The notes beneath the pieces were generated by a model. It did not search any database, had not been told where the DNA came from, and worked only from the letters and a program-made list of their open reading frames with translations. Below are positions 32,062-43,560 of a DNA stretch of 64,000 nucleotides, in pieces. Each line of letters opens with the position of its first letter. Position 1 is the first letter of the stretch. The position numbers and the translations under genes were made by a program. The DNA lies in assembly GCA_963833095.1 (NCBI GenBank), contig CAWHWQ010000005.1, forward strand, positions 256,001 to 320,000, in the 5' to 3' direction. Source of the DNA: Vulcanimicrobiota bacterium (lineage in GTDB: Bacteria; Vulcanimicrobiota; Vulcanimicrobiia; Vulcanimicrobiales; Vulcanimicrobiaceae).

Positions 32062-34010
32062 ATGTCCGCTCGCGTGAAGTCGCTACTCATCGCCCTACTT
32101 CTCGGCATGGTAGCGAGTGCGATCGCGTTGACGCTCCTCCTCGTCAAGAAGGACGATATCCCGCTCTTCCATCGCGTCACCGATTTGCGGTCGCATTACG
32201 CGGCGCTCAATGCGCGCCCCAACTCGGCTTCGGTACCCCTTGGTATGACCGCAGCGACGACAAAAACAGCAAGATCGTCATCATACCGATCGACGAAGTG
32301 ACCTTCGGCAGCAACGTTCCCGAGCTTCATCAGTATCCGCTGCCGCGGCATATCTACGGAACGATGCTCAAGCATCTTGCGGCAGCCGGAGCAAAAGTCG
32401 TCGCGTTCGATATCGATTTCATCGAGCCTGCGGCCGACCCGACGCAGGATCAAGCCTTCGCGGCGGGCATGCGCGGCATGCCGACGATCCTGGCGTTTCC
32501 GATCGATACAACCAGCACCGGGCAACTCGGCATCGAATTGCCGTCCCCGACGCTGATGCCGTACGCCAAAGGCATCGGGTACTCTTCGGTCGATTTTCCC
32601 GGCAACGTGCTCATCGGCCAAGCGATGCAGATTCACACCGCTTCAACCGGGCAGTACAGCAACCGCACGTTTTTGTCATTAGCCGCTGCCGGAACCGAAC
32701 AGCTCACCGGCCAAACGATCGATATCTCAAAGTTGCCCACCGACGAAGACGGTCGCTTCTTGCTGGTCGTGCCCCGCGTTGCGGTCAAGCAAGTCACGAC
32801 CGATCACGGTCAGCAGGTCGAAGAGCACACGCAGGACTTCGTCGCTAATCAGCTCTCGTTCTCGGACGCGTACTCACTGTCGATTCCGGATCTGCGTCAG
32901 TCGGTCAACGGCGCGCTCGTCTACATCGGCTACACCGCGCAAGCGCAAGGCGACTTCGCGCACACCGCGCGCTCCGCCGAATTTCCGGGCCTCTTCGCCA
33001 ACGCGCGCCTAGCCGACCAGCTCATGCGCCACATCTATATCACCGAGGCGCCGCTCTGGCTCGAGATTTTGCTGATCGTGTTGCTGCCGCTGGCGATCGC
33101 GCTTGCGTTCAACTTCATGCAGACGCCGATCGCCATCGTCATGTCGCTCGGCGCAACCGTCGTGTATGCCTACGTCAACGAGTCGCTCTTCGTCAAGCGG
33201 CTCTACTGGCTCGACCTCATTCACGTCGTGATTGCGATGGTGACGGCCACGATCTTTGTCGGCATCTATCGCGTGCTTTACGAAGGCGCGCAGCGGCGCA
33301 TGGTCACCAACCTCTTCGGCATGCACGTCAGCCCGGCAATCGTCAGCGACATCCTCTCGCACGAGGATCCGCGCAATGCGCTTGCGCTCAAGGGCAAGAA
33401 GTGCAAGGCCACGATCTTCTACAGCGATATTCGCGGTTTCACCGCGATGTCGGAGAACATGACGCCCGAGGAAATCTACAATCAACTCAACGAGTACTTC
33501 GAAGAGATGTGCGCGATCATCTTCCAGTATGGCGGCTACGTCGATAAGTTCATCGGCGACTGCGTGATGGCGGTCTTCTCGGCGCCGTATCAGACGCCCG
33601 ATGATGCCGCGAACGCGGTGCGCGCGGCGGTCGCGCAGCAGAAAAAGATCCTCGAACTCGCCGAGAAGTGGAAGGCGAGGGCAAGCGCGAGTTCACCGTG
33701 GGCATGGGCGTAAATACCGGCGACGTCGTGATGGGCAATCTCGGTGCGAGCTCAGCGCATGAACTACACCGTCATCGGCGACAACGTCAACCTGGCCGCG
33801 CGGCTCTACAATGTTGCCAAGGCCGGCGAAATCATCATCAGCGACTACACCTATCAGGAAGTCAAAGACTTCGTCGTAGCCGACGAACTCGAACCGGTGA
33901 CCGTCAAAGGCAAGAAGGACCCAATCCGCATCTACAACATCCGCGACGTCAAAGACGCACCGGTACCTGCGACCAATGGTGCGGCAATCACCCAGCCCAC
34001 TCCGGCATAA
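32062..34010 (+). CDS. CHASE2-domain membrane adenylate/guanylate cyclase (frameshifts near 32260, 33680 and 33750)
   Basis: YPLPR...LAAAGAKVVAFDIDF (CHASE2), three TM helices, SDIRGFT, DKFIGDCVMA, GMGVNTG and YTVIGDNVNLAARL. Confidence 0.92.
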
Positions 34011-34018
34011 TCTGGGGT

Positions 34019-34792
34019 ATGCCCCCGAGTGTAGAACTCTTCGCCGCTGCGTTCATCGCAAGCGTCTGCGGATCGATGGTGGGTCTGGGCGGCGGCTTCA
34101 TTCTCGTTCCGTTGCTGCGCCTGGTCTTTGCCCTTCCTCCGGCGGAAGCCGCCGGCACGTCGCTGGTGCTCGTTACCGCGAATAGCGCCGCCGGCGCCTT
34201 CACCTATTTCTTGCAGCGCCAAGTCAACGTGCGCCTCGGGCTGATCTTCGCGTGCGGTGGGCTTCCCGGGAGCATTGCCGGCGCGATCGTAACCAAGTAC
34301 ATCTCGGGGCCCGCATTCGATTGGATTTTCAGCGGGTTCTTGCTGTTGATCGCTGCCGACATGATCTTCAACGCGAAACTGCGCGTCGCGGGGCGCGTCG
34401 AGCATCCGGCCGGCGGGTCGAAACCAATGTCGTATCGCGCGGCGGTCGGTCTCGGATTTTTGGTTGGGCTGGTCTCGAGCCTTTTCGGCATCGGCGGCGG
34501 CGTGGTCACCGTTCCCTCGATGCTCTACTTCTCAACGTTGCCTGCGCACGCCATTAGCGCGACTTCGCATTTCGTGCTGATCCTCACCTCGCCAACTGGG
34601 CTCGTCGTGCACGCGTTGCAGCATGACGTCAAAATTTCCGACGTGGTCCCGCTCGTCGCGGGCGGCCTCTTGGGAGGGCCGGTCGGTGCGCGCCTCTCGC
34701 TTCGCCTCAAATCACCGCAACTGCTCATGGTGGTCGGCATTGCTCTCGTGTTCGTGGCGGGCTCGCTCGCGCTGCGCCACCTGATTCACTAA
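34019..34792 (+). CDS. TSUP (TauE/SafE) family transporter
   Basis: GSMVGLGGGFILVP and SSLFGIGGGVVTVP repeats in a multi-TM protein. Confidence 0.9.
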   Translation: MPPSVELFAAAFIASVCGSMVGLGGGFILVPLLRLVFALPPAEAAGTSLVLVTANSAAGAFTYFLQRQVNVRLGLIFACGGLPGSIAGAIVTKYISGPAFDWIFSGFLLLIAADMIFNAKLRVAGRVEHPAGGSKPMSYRAAVGLGFLVGLVSSLFGIGGGVVTVPSMLYFSTLPAHAISATSHFVLILTSPTGLVVHALQHDVKISDVVPLVAGGLLGGPVGARLSLRLKSPQLLMVVGIALVFVAGSLALRHLIH

Positions 34793-35382
34793 TGGTGCCG
34801 CAACTGCTCGTTTACACGTTGCCTTATTCCCTGGCTTTCTGGACCGTCTTCATCTGCGTTTTTGCGCCGGAATCTGCCATCGCCGCCCGAGGGCGTGAAC
34901 CGTCGGCGACGCCGCAAGATGCGCACTCAAAGAGTATCCTTGTGAGCGGTCAGTTCATCGCGATGGTAACGGGGTTTGCCGTTGCGTTTCTCGCGCGGTC
35001 GGGGTCGCTCGCGCACCCGGTTCGGTGGTTCTGGCTCGGGGTAGCAACCATGGTCGCAGGTAGTCTCGTGCGTTACCATTGCCGGCGGATGCTCGGCTCG
35101 AGTTTCACCGGAGCGGTGATCGTGCGTGACGGTCACGAGGTAATCGAACGCGGGGCGTACCGCTACGTTCGGCACCCGTCGTACACGGCCGCAGCCCTCA
35201 TCTATCTCGGCATCGGATTGGCGCTGGGGAACTGGATCGCGGTGCTGATCATCATGGCAGGCGTCGCGCTCGCCTTCGGTTATCGCGTGAGGGTCGAAGA
35301 ACGCGCTCTGCTGTCGGTCATCGGCGAGCCGTATCGCGACTACATGGCGCGCACGAAACGGTTCGTACCGTTCCTTTGGTAA
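34792..35382 (+). CDS. Isoprenylcysteine carboxyl methyltransferase family protein
   Basis: GAYRYVRHPSY, EE and YRDYMARTKRFVP motifs. Confidence 0.9.
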   Translation: MVPQLLVYTLPYSLAFWTVFICVFAPESAIAARGREPSATPQDAHSKSILVSGQFIAMVTGFAVAFLARSGSLAHPVRWFWLGVATMVAGSLVRYHCRRMLGSSFTGAVIVRDGHEVIERGAYRYVRHPSYTAAALIYLGIGLALGNWIAVLIIMAGVALAFGYRVRVEERALLSVIGEPYRDYMARTKRFVPFLW

Positions 35383-35392
35383 TGCGTCCTAG

Positions 35393-36856
35393 CTAAGGAA
35401 TACCGCTCCAGACCGGCGGACGGCGTTCGCGCCACGGCTGCGCGCGCTCGAGTTGCCCGGCCAACCGGAAGAGCGTCGCTTCGTCGTCAAAACGCCCGGC
35501 GAACTGTACGCCGACCGGAAGCCCCTCGTCGCTCCAGTGCAGCGGCGCCGACATCGCGGGCGCGCCGGTGAGATTGAAGATCGGCGTGTACGGCAGCCAG
35601 TCGAACATCGGTGCCGAGATATCGCGCGCAGCTTTGCGAATGAGCGCAGGCATCCGCAATCGCGCGAGGACTTCGCATTGGATGATTTCAGCGCGCGTCA
35701 AGGCTAGCTCCCCGATGCGCACCGGCGGTGCCGCCAGCGTCGGCGTAAGGATGATGTCGTAGCGCTCCATAAACGCATCGTAGGCGGCGCGCAGCTTCCG
35801 TTGGGTCACGACCGCGCCGGTTAGTTCGTCGAGCGCCAGCACTTGCGCGATCGTGAGCATCGCAAGCGTCGCCGGCTCGATGTCACCGCGTTTGAGCCGA
35901 TGCTGCGGCGTCGGGTTGCCCGACCCGAGATGCCATCCGATTTGACTTGCAAAGATCAGCAGCAGCGCATAGCTCACATCCCGGTAATCGATGCCTACGG
36001 GCTCGGCCTCGACGACGGTGTGCCCGAGCGACTCGCACAGCGCGGCAACGCGATCGACGGCAGCTCGCGATTGCGCTGAGATTCCGTGCCCGAGGCCCGG
36101 CCCGCGCATGAGCGCAATACGCAGGCGCACGGGATCGCGCTGAGTTTCGTCAAGAAAGCGCGGCCCGGCGTCACTGCGCACGGCATCGAGAAACGCCGCG
36201 CTGTCGCGTACGGTGCGGGAAAGTGCGTGATCGACATTGGCCGAACCAATGATGCCCCCGGTGGTCGGCGCGCGTCCGCGACTGGGTTTGAGTCCAAACA
36301 ATCCCGTGCAACTCGCCGGTATGCGAATCGAACCACCCATGTCGTTGCCGTGCGCGACGGGCACCACACCTGCCGCGCAAAGCGCCGCACTCCCGCCGCT
36401 GGACCCGCCGGGCGTCCGCGCGAGATCCCATGGATTGCGCGTCGGGCCAAATAACGCACTTTCCGTGTAGGGGAGAAGGCCGAACTCCGGCGCCGTCGTC
36501 TTTGCAAAGAGCACGGTTCCGGCGCTCTTCAAGCGCGTTAAGAATTCGTGATCTGCCTGGGGCACATACGAGGCAAAATACCTACTGCCCATCGTCATCG
36601 GCACGCCGGCAAGCGGCGGCCCGAGGTCCTTGACCAGCACGGGCACTCCGGCTAATGGGCCGTCCGCCGCAACGGTCCGCGCGCTCTCGCGCGCGCGTTC
36701 GTAATCGCGAGCGGCAAGCGCATTCAGGCGTGGATTTACCCGGTCCGCTCGCGCAATCGCCTCGTCGAGCACTTCGCTAGGCGTAACCTCACGCGCGCGC
36801 ACCGCGCGAGCGATCTCGATCGCGTCGCTGCGATCGTAAAAATCGCGCAAACTCAT
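35393..36856 (-). CDS. Amidase-signature family amidase
   Basis: [18 protein letters not shown] and [25 protein letters not shown] motifs. Confidence 0.93.
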   Translation of the reverse strand: MSLRDFYDRSDAIEIARAVRAREVTPSEVLDEAIARADRVNPRLNALAARDYERARESARTVAADGPLAGVPVLVKDLGPPLAGVPMTMGSRYFASYVPQADHEFLTRLKSAGTVLFAKTTAPEFGLLPYTESALFGPTRNPWDLARTPGGSSGGSAALCAAGVVPVAHGNDMGGSIRIPASCTGLFGLKPSRGRAPTTGGIIGSANVDHALSRTVRDSAAFLDAVRSDAGPRFLDETQRDPVRLRIALMRGPGLGHGISAQSRAAVDRVAALCESLGHTVVEAEPVGIDYRDVSYALLLIFASQIGWHLGSGNPTPQHRLKRGDIEPATLAMLTIAQVLALDELTGAVVTQRKLRAAYDAFMERYDIILTPTLAAPPVRIGELALTRAEIIQCEVLARLRMPALIRKAARDISAPMFDWLPYTPIFNLTGAPAMSAPLHWSDEGLPVGVQFAGRFDDEATLFRLAGQLERAQPWRERRPPVWSGIP

Positions 36857-36902
36857 GTGTCGCACTTGCAAGATAACGATACACTTCCCTGCATTAGGAC
36901 AC

Positions 36903-36930
36903 TAAGGATCGCTCGCTAGGTAGCCGAAGC
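36903..36930 (+). promoter_or_regulatory. Possible sigma-28 (FliA/SigD)-type promoter for the PilZ pair
   Basis: TAAG-N16-GCCGAAGC, compared with the consensus TAAA-N15/16-GCCGATAA, about 50 nt upstream of the ATG. Confidence 0.4.
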
Positions 36931-36982
36931 ATTTTATAGTACCGTTGTCCCTTTTTGTTTTGCCTTTCGAAGGTGGTATGAC

Positions 36983-37645
36983 ATGTCGGATCCGGAGACG
37001 ACGCTGGCGTCGTTAGAGGCTCCTTCGATGATCCGTGTCGACGGCTCGGCACCGGTGATGGCGATCATCGAACACGTGAGCGCGCATGAATGCCGCCTGC
37101 GCGCAGTCAGCGTTTTTGAAATCGGTCAGCGCCTGGACTTTACTGTTTCCGTACACGGCGCACCGACGATCGCGCTCTCCGGCAAAGTCGTCACACGGAA
37201 AGAGAACGGCGCTCGCCACGCTTATGTCCTCGCCCTCGCGACCACGCTCGTGCAGAACGAGGCAATCGCAAAGGCCAACGACGCCGCTCGCCATCGCGCG
37301 AAACACGCCCCGGACGTTCGCACCGAAAACGGCCTCACCCGCGCGGCATTGCGCATCGCCGTCGATTTCGACCTCTTCTACACGCTCTCAGGCGCGACGG
37401 CACGGTCGGCGCGCGCCACCAATATTTCAATCGGCGGCGTATTGATGAACACGACTGCCGAACTTCCGGTCGGCGCGTCCATTGAGATGAAGTTTCCGCT
37501 CGGCGACGAACGCGTCGCCGTTACAGGGCGCATCGTGGCTCACCAGGAGATGAGCCCCAACTACAACGTCGCGTTCTACGAAATGAGCGACGAGGCGCGC
37601 GAGAGTATCAGGCGCTTCATCGAGTATCACAGCAAAGCCGCTTAG
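36983..37645 (+). CDS. PilZ-domain protein (degenerate N-terminal barrel plus C-terminal PilZ)
   Basis: RAALR (RxxxR) followed by NISIGG ([D/N]xSxxG). Confidence 0.8.
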   Translation: MSDPETTLASLEAPSMIRVDGSAPVMAIIEHVSAHECRLRAVSVFEIGQRLDFTVSVHGAPTIALSGKVVTRKENGARHAYVLALATTLVQNEAIAKANDAARHRAKHAPDVRTENGLTRAALRIAVDFDLFYTLSGATARSARATNISIGGVLMNTTAELPVGASIEMKFPLGDERVAVTGRIVAHQEMSPNYNVAFYEMSDEARESIRRFIEYHSKAA

Positions 37646-37700
37646 GGATTACTGTCAGGCGGCTTCCCTGTCTTCGCTTGTCTTCTGAAGGTGGAAAGAC

Positions 37701-38368
37701 TTGCCCGATCCTCAATCAGCCGCGCCGGCATCGCTGGAGGCGCCCACGATGGTAAGCGTCGACGGCAACGCGCCCGTCATGGCGATCATCGAATATGCTT
37801 CTCAGAGCGAGTGCCGCATGCGATCGATGAACGTCTTCAATGTGGGCGACCGGCTCGAATTCCCGCTTTCCATTCACGGAACACCGACGATTGCGCTGTC
37901 GGGCACGGTCGTCAATCGCAGGCAAATCGGCCCGCGCTATGCCTACGTGCTCGCGCTGCTGCCGGCGCCCACGCAAGCGGAAGCAATCGTGAAGGCCACC
38001 CAGACCGCGCCGGGGCGGACCCGGCCCATACTCCCGACGTGCATACCGGGGACGGGCTCACGCGCGCAAGCGTTCGCGTTCCCATCGACGCCGAAGTGCG
38101 CTATACGCATTCGGGTTCGCCGTCGCGCGTCGCTCGGGCGACGAACATTTCGACCGGCGGCGTGCTGATGAAGAGCACCGACGAGCTGTCGGTCGGCGCA
38201 TCGATCGAGCTGCAGATTCCCCTTAGTGCCGAACATGTCAGCGTGCACGGACGTATCGTCGCGCACCAGCGGCAGAGTGACAGCTATAACGTCGCCTTCT
38301 ACCACGTGACAAACGAAGCGCACGATATTATCGCGCGCTTCGTTGATTCTCATACTCAGACTGAATAG
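37701..38368 (+). CDS. Paralogous PilZ-domain protein (one frameshift near 38010-38040)
   Basis: [22 protein letters not shown] matches the upstream paralogue. RASVR and NISTGG lie in the second frame. Confidence 0.8.
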
Positions 38369-38418
38369 CAACTGATTTTGTTCGAACGAGGCTGACGAAG
38401 AGCCGGCGGAATCAGTGG

Positions 38419-39862
38419 CTACTTCGGGTAGGTCATCTCTTTCGGAACGACGAACTTGTCGTATTCGTTCGGAGGTGACGTGGCCGAGCTCGAGCGCGGC
38501 TTCTTTGAGCGTGCTCTTCCTGTGATGCGCGTGCTTGGCGATCTCGGCAGCTTTGTCGTAGCCGATGTGCGGCGACAAGCGCCGTCACGACCATCAGCGA
38601 TTCGTCGAGGTACTTCTTGATGACCGTCTTCGTTGGCTTGCGAGCCCTTCGACCGCGTGCTCGCGGAACATCGTGCATCGCGTCGCGCAGCAGCGTCGTC
38701 GAGTGCAGGAAGTTGTAGATCATCACCGGGTTAAAGACGTTGAGTTCGAAGTTGCCCTGCGACGCGCCGAAGCTGATCGCGAGGTCGTTGCCGTACACTT
38801 GCGCGACGACCATCGTCATCGCTTCGGACTGCGTCGGGTTCACCTTGCCCGGCATGATCGAGCTGCCCGGCTCGTTTTCCGGAAGCATGAGCTCGCCGAT
38901 ACCGGCACGCGGGCCCGAGGCGAGCCAGCGAATGTCGTTGGCAATTTTCATCAGCGCGGCAGCCGAGCGTCTTGAGCGCGCCCGAGGCGAAGACGAAATC
39001 GTCGTGCGACGCGAGCGCGGTGAACTTGTTCGGATGCGAACGGAACGGCAGGCCGGTGAGTTCGGCGAGTTTCTTGGCCGTGCGCTCGGCCGAACTCGGG
39101 ATGCGCGTTGAGACCGGTGCCGACGGCGGTGCCGCCGATCGCGAGGTCGTAGAGGTGGTGCAGCGATTCTTTGATCGCGACCATCGCGCGATCGAGCTGC
39201 GTCACGTAGCCGGAGAACTCTTGTCCGAGCGTGAGCGGCGTCGCATCTTGCAAGATGCGTGCGGCCGACTTTGACGATGTGATTCCACTGCTTGGCTTTG
39301 ACGTCGAGCGCGTCGCGCAGCTTCTCGACCGCGGGCAGCATGTCGACCATCGCTTCGGCGGCGGCCATGTGCATCGCGGTCGGGAACGTGTCGTTCGACG
39401 ACTGCGACATGTTCACGTGATCGTTCGGGTGGACCGGCTTCTTCGAACCCATCTCGCCGCCGGCGATCTCGATCGCGCGGTTCGAGATCACTTCGTTGAC
39501 GTTCATGTTGGTCTGCGTGCCCGAGCCGGTCTGCCACACGCGCAGCGGGAAGTGCGCGTCGAGTTTGCCGGCGATGACTTCGTCGGCAGCCTTGCACGAT
39601 CAAGATCGGTCTTCTCTTCGTCGAGTTTGCCGAGATCGTGATTGACGAGCGCGGCGGCCTTTTTCAAGGTCGCCATCGCTTTGATGACTTGCTTCGGCAT
39701 GACGTCGCGCGGCCACGTGCCGTCGCCGATGTCGAAGTGGATGAGCGAACGCGCCGATTGCGCGCCGTAGTACTTGTCGGCCGGGACGTCGATCTTGCCC
39801 ATCGAGTCGGACTCGACGCGCGTTTTGGCCGCCCCGTTGGTGGTGCTGTTTACAGTCGTCAT
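38419..39862 (-). CDS. fumC: Class II fumarate hydratase (frameshifted)
   Basis: [43 protein letters not shown] and [13 protein letters not shown] motifs. Confidence 0.96.
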
Positions 39863-39953
39863 TGCAACACCTATCTTCACCCTTTTTAGGGATTTCCGGC
39901 CTGGACTTAGGTCGGGGAAGGAACCCCTCTTTGCCAAGCTAACGGACGGTTTG

Positions 39954-41747
39954 ATGCGCTGGAGATTGGTTTCCCTGTCCCTGCTCTCGCTGTCGGTCAC
40001 CCTTTTCGTGACCGCCACGCTCTTCGGCATCGGGGGGCGCCCGTGGTTCGGCTGGTGGGACTCCAATGCGCTCCGCGCTGCACCCTACACCGTGCGAATC
40101 GTCGAGCCCCGTCCGGGCGGCGCGACCGAGCGCGCAGGAATTCGCGGCGGCGACCTCATCGATTTACGCGAGCAGTCGCTCGGATCGCGCATTGCCGTCG
40201 TGTCCCAACTTAGCGCCACGCGTCCGACGATCGTAACCGTCGAGCGGGGCGGCAACCGCTCGATTCATAGCGTCATCGGAAGCACATCGTGGGAAGGTGC
40301 CGCGCAGTGGAAGCTGCCGCCCCAAATCCTCACGTCGATTGCCGCGCTCTGGTTCGGCATTTGCGCCCTCGTGCTGGCGTTGCGCCAATGGTCGCGTCCC
40401 GATGCAAGGCTGCTAATCCTGACGCTCCTGTGCTTCTCGACGCTACTACTGGACCCACGCTACTTCGTTCCGCCTTCAGCGACACTCCAGCTCGTGCTAT
40501 TCATCCTCACGCATGCATGCTTGGCAATTGCTCCGCTGCTGCTGTTGCGTCTTTCGTTTCGCACCGGCCAACCATCGCGCCAGCGTACGATCGTGACATG
40601 CGCGGCGATCACCGTGGTCGGTATCGGTTTTCTCGCCGACGTTGCGGCTGCGACCGGCATTGCAACGCTCTGGTTCGATCCACTGCCGTTTATCTACCGG
40701 GTATCGCCCTTACGCCTCTCGATCGACGTCGTCACGTACGCCTTGGTGGCTCTGGCGGCATTTGCCGCGGTCCGTGCAACACCGGCCGACGAACGGCCGC
40801 GCGCAGCATGGCTGCTACTGCCGCTGCCGATAGCGTTCGTTGCCCACGCCTTCACGCAGACAATCGCCGTCTTTATTACCTCCTGGTTTGTCAACGTCGC
40901 TATCATCAGCGCATCCAACAGTATCTACCTGCTGAGCGCGGGACTCGTCACCTACGCGCTGCTCAAGCGCCGCGTGCTCGACTTCGAATTCGTGCTCAGC
41001 CGCACCGTTGTGGTAGCGACGATTTCGGCGATCGTTGTCGCGTCGTTCATCTTACTCGAATTTGTGCTGAATACGGTGCTCACGGGGGTAAGCCACGCGA
41101 CCGGTCTTGTCGCCAACGCTGCGCTTGCGCTACTGCTCGGGCTCACGCTCAACCCGTTGCACAAACGCGTCGACCAAACCGTCGAGCGCGTGCTCTTTCA
41201 TAAGCGCCACGAGGATGAACGCGCGCTCGTCGAGTTCGGACACGAAGCGGTCTTTGTGACGAATTCAGACGCGCTGCTCGACCGCGCGATCGAGAATCTT
41301 CGCGAGCACACCGACGCGCGCAGCGCCGCGATTTTCGTCGACGGCACCGGGCATTTCGCGGCAGCGCGTTCGTTCGGCGAGGGCGTTCAATCAGCAATCG
41401 ACGAGAATGACGCTGCGGTGCTTGCGCTCAAAGCCCACCACGCGCCGATCGACCCACATCGCTACACGAGCGCGTTGCATGGTGCGCTCGCACTTCCTAT
41501 GCTCGCGCGTGGGCGGTTGCTGGGCGTCGTGCTTTTGGGCGAGCGCTCCGGTGGCGAAGCCTATGCACCGGATGAAATTGCAGCACTCGCGTCGATGTCG
41601 CAGGGTGTCAGCAGCGCCCTTGACGTGCTTGCGGTTGACGATGCGGCGTCTCACACGGCAATCGCCGACGCCATGCGCTCTGAGCTCGCGCCGCTCCGCA
41701 CGCAGCTCGACGCGATCGCTAAGGCGCTGCGCGCCGGGCCGCCTTGA
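39954..41747 (+). CDS. Multi-TM membrane protein with a PDZ-like loop and C-terminal GAF-like domain
   Basis: [16 protein letters not shown] (PDZ-like), about 8 TM segments, and [29 protein letters not shown] (GAF-like). Confidence 0.7.
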   Translation: MRWRLVSLSLLSLSVTLFVTATLFGIGGRPWFGWWDSNALRAAPYTVRIVEPRPGGATERAGIRGGDLIDLREQSLGSRIAVVSQLSATRPTIVTVERGGNRSIHSVIGSTSWEGAAQWKLPPQILTSIAALWFGICALVLALRQWSRPDARLLILTLLCFSTLLLDPRYFVPPSATLQLVLFILTHACLAIAPLLLLRLSFRTGQPSRQRTIVTCAAITVVGIGFLADVAAATGIATLWFDPLPFIYRVSPLRLSIDVVTYALVALAAFAAVRATPADERPRAAWLLLPLPIAFVAHAFTQTIAVFITSWFVNVAIISASNSIYLLSAGLVTYALLKRRVLDFEFVLSRTVVVATISAIVVASFILLEFVLNTVLTGVSHATGLVANAALALLLGLTLNPLHKRVDQTVERVLFHKRHEDERALVEFGHEAVFVTNSDALLDRAIENLREHTDARSAAIFVDGTGHFAAARSFGEGVQSAIDENDAAVLALKAHHAPIDPHRYTSALHGALALPMLARGRLLGVVLLGERSGGEAYAPDEIAALASMSQGVSSALDVLAVDDAASHTAIADAMRSELAPLRTQLDAIAKALRAGPP

Positions 41748-42267
41748 GTCCCTGGACCGTGTCCCCCACCGCGTCCATCCCGGTGATCTCGTAGATCGTC
41801 AGCGGGAACCTGGGATTGAAGCGGCGCCGATCGCAACGCGGGCAACTCGCCGGTTTGCCGGGCCGTTTGCGGCGCAAGACCTCAAACGCGCATTCTTCAC
41901 ACCGCAGGATGTAGCGTTTGCTCGACTCGTTGAGCGGCCGGACATTACCTAGGTCATGATAGATCGAGGTGATCCCGCATTCGCGCATCTTCTTCTTAAA
42001 GCGTGGCCCGTGGCCGGTATCGCGAAAGTGCGTATAGCACCACGCATGAACCATCTCGTGCAGCAGCGTTTCTTCGAGCGCTTGGGGGTACTTGCGAAAA
42101 TGCTTGGGCGAAAGCTCGATCAACAGCGGATGGCCGTAGGTGATGCGGCCGGCCGAATTGGAAAAGCGCGCGTTGTAACGGATGCGACAGTCTGGGATTT
42201 CGCCGTTGAAATGCTGGTAGTTGAGGCGGGCGAACAAGAGTTGGAGATCGGCTTCTAGGGGGAACAC
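41719..42267 (-). CDS. SprT-like zinc metalloprotease domain protein
   Basis: TLLHEMVH, HGPRF, and a C-terminal CxxC...CxxC zinc ribbon. Confidence 0.87.
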   Translation of the reverse strand: MFPLEADLQLLFARLNYQHFNGEIPDCRIRYNARFSNSAGRITYGHPLLIELSPKHFRKYPQALEETLLHEMVHAWCYTHFRDTGHGPRFKKKMRECGITSIYHDLGNVRPLNESSKRYILRCEECAFEVLRRKRPGKPASCPRCDRRRFNPRFPLTIYEITGMDAVGDTVQGLKAARRAAP

Positions 42268-42286
42268 GGATGATTGTTTTCGTCTT

Positions 42287-42730
42287 ATGTCCAAACGATT
42301 CTTCGTGCCAGAGCAGAGCGAGCGTGGCCTCCCCCCGCGCATCTACCTTCCGATCGTCGCCGCGATCGCCGTCCTCTTCCTTGGATTGATGGGCTATTTG
42401 GTCGCCATCGGCTTCGGCGTGACCGGCTCGGTCTTCGGTAAAAGCGGCAACGGCGCCGTCGGCAGTTCGGCAGGCTCAGCGACGAGCGTCCAAGGCGGTG
42501 GACCGCCGGCCGCTGTGATGGAGCAGCTCTCGACGCTGCGCGCGCGCATCGCCGCGCATCCGAACGACGACGTCGCCATCACCCAGCTCGGCGACGAATA
42601 TCTTGCGGCCGGGAAATTCGCCCAGGCGATTCCCTTCTATCGGCGCGCGCTTGCGATCAACCCGAAGAACGTCGCCGCGCAGACCGGCCTTGCGGAAGCG
42701 CGTGAAAGCGCCCGCGAGGCGCAGCAGTGA
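42287..42730 (+). CDS. Membrane-anchored TPR protein
   Basis: One TM helix and a TPR (LGDEYLAAGKFAQAIPFYRRALAINP). Confidence 0.75.
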   Translation: MSKRFFVPEQSERGLPPRIYLPIVAAIAVLFLGLMGYLVAIGFGVTGSVFGKSGNGAVGSSAGSATSVQGGGPPAAVMEQLSTLRARIAAHPNDDVAITQLGDEYLAAGKFAQAIPFYRRALAINPKNVAAQTGLAEARESAREAQQ

Positions 42731-43560
42731 GAATCTATATCAGCGCCGATATGGAAGGCACGGCAGGCGTCGTATCGTGGGCGCAGGTCGATCCCTCGAA
42801 CACGCACGAGTATCCCGTCTACCGGCGCTACATGACGCGCGAGGTTGCCGCCGCAATCGAAGGCGCGCGCGTGTCCGGGGGACGCGAGTTCCTCATAAAC
42901 GACGCGCACTGGAACATGCGCAACCTCCTGTGGGACGAGCTGCCGGAGGACGCGCGCATGATCTCGGGTGCGCGCAAACCGCTTTCGATGGCCCAAGGTG
43001 CGGAGCAACGCTTTGACGCCGCGTTTTTCACTGGTTATCACGCCAAGATCGGCGAGGCAAACGCCGTGCTCTCGCACACTTACAGCGATGCGACGCTGTA
43101 CGACGTGCACGTAAACGGCATCGCGTGCACCGAAGCGTTGCTCAACGCGGCGCTGCTCGGGCTCTACGGCACGCCGGTCGTTCTGGTTACCGGCGATCGC
43201 ACGACGATCGAGAGTGTCGCAAAAACGCTGCCCTGGATCGTCGGCGTCGTGGTCAAGGACGCCATCGGCTATTATAGCGCGAACACGCTTACACCGGCGA
43301 CGGCGTGCGCGGCGATTCGCGAAGGCGCGCGCGAAGCGCTGGTCACGCTCTCACACGCTAAGCCCTTCACGTTCGACGCACCGATCGAGTTGATCATCGA
43401 AACGGTCAAAACTGAACAGGCCGATTTCATGGAACTCCTGCCGCAGGTCGAGCGCATCGGCGGACGTGCGGTTCGCTTTCGCCACAGCGACTACTTCATG
43501 GTCTTTCGCGCGTTCCTGGCCGCAATGCGCCTGGGTGGCGCGGCGAATCTGCCGGCATGA
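42727..43560 (+). CDS. dppA: M55 family D-aminopeptidase (DppA-like)
   Basis: MRIYISADMEG, NDAH, GYHA, SHT and VTGD motifs. Confidence 0.92.
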   Translation: MRIYISADMEGTAGVVSWAQVDPSNTHEYPVYRRYMTREVAAAIEGARVSGGREFLINDAHWNMRNLLWDELPEDARMISGARKPLSMAQGAEQRFDAAFFTGYHAKIGEANAVLSHTYSDATLYDVHVNGIACTEALLNAALLGLYGTPVVLVTGDRTTIESVAKTLPWIVGVVVKDAIGYYSANTLTPATACAAIREGAREALVTLSHAKPFTFDAPIELIIETVKTEQADFMELLPQVERIGGRAVRFRHSDYFMVFRAFLAAMRLGGAANLPA

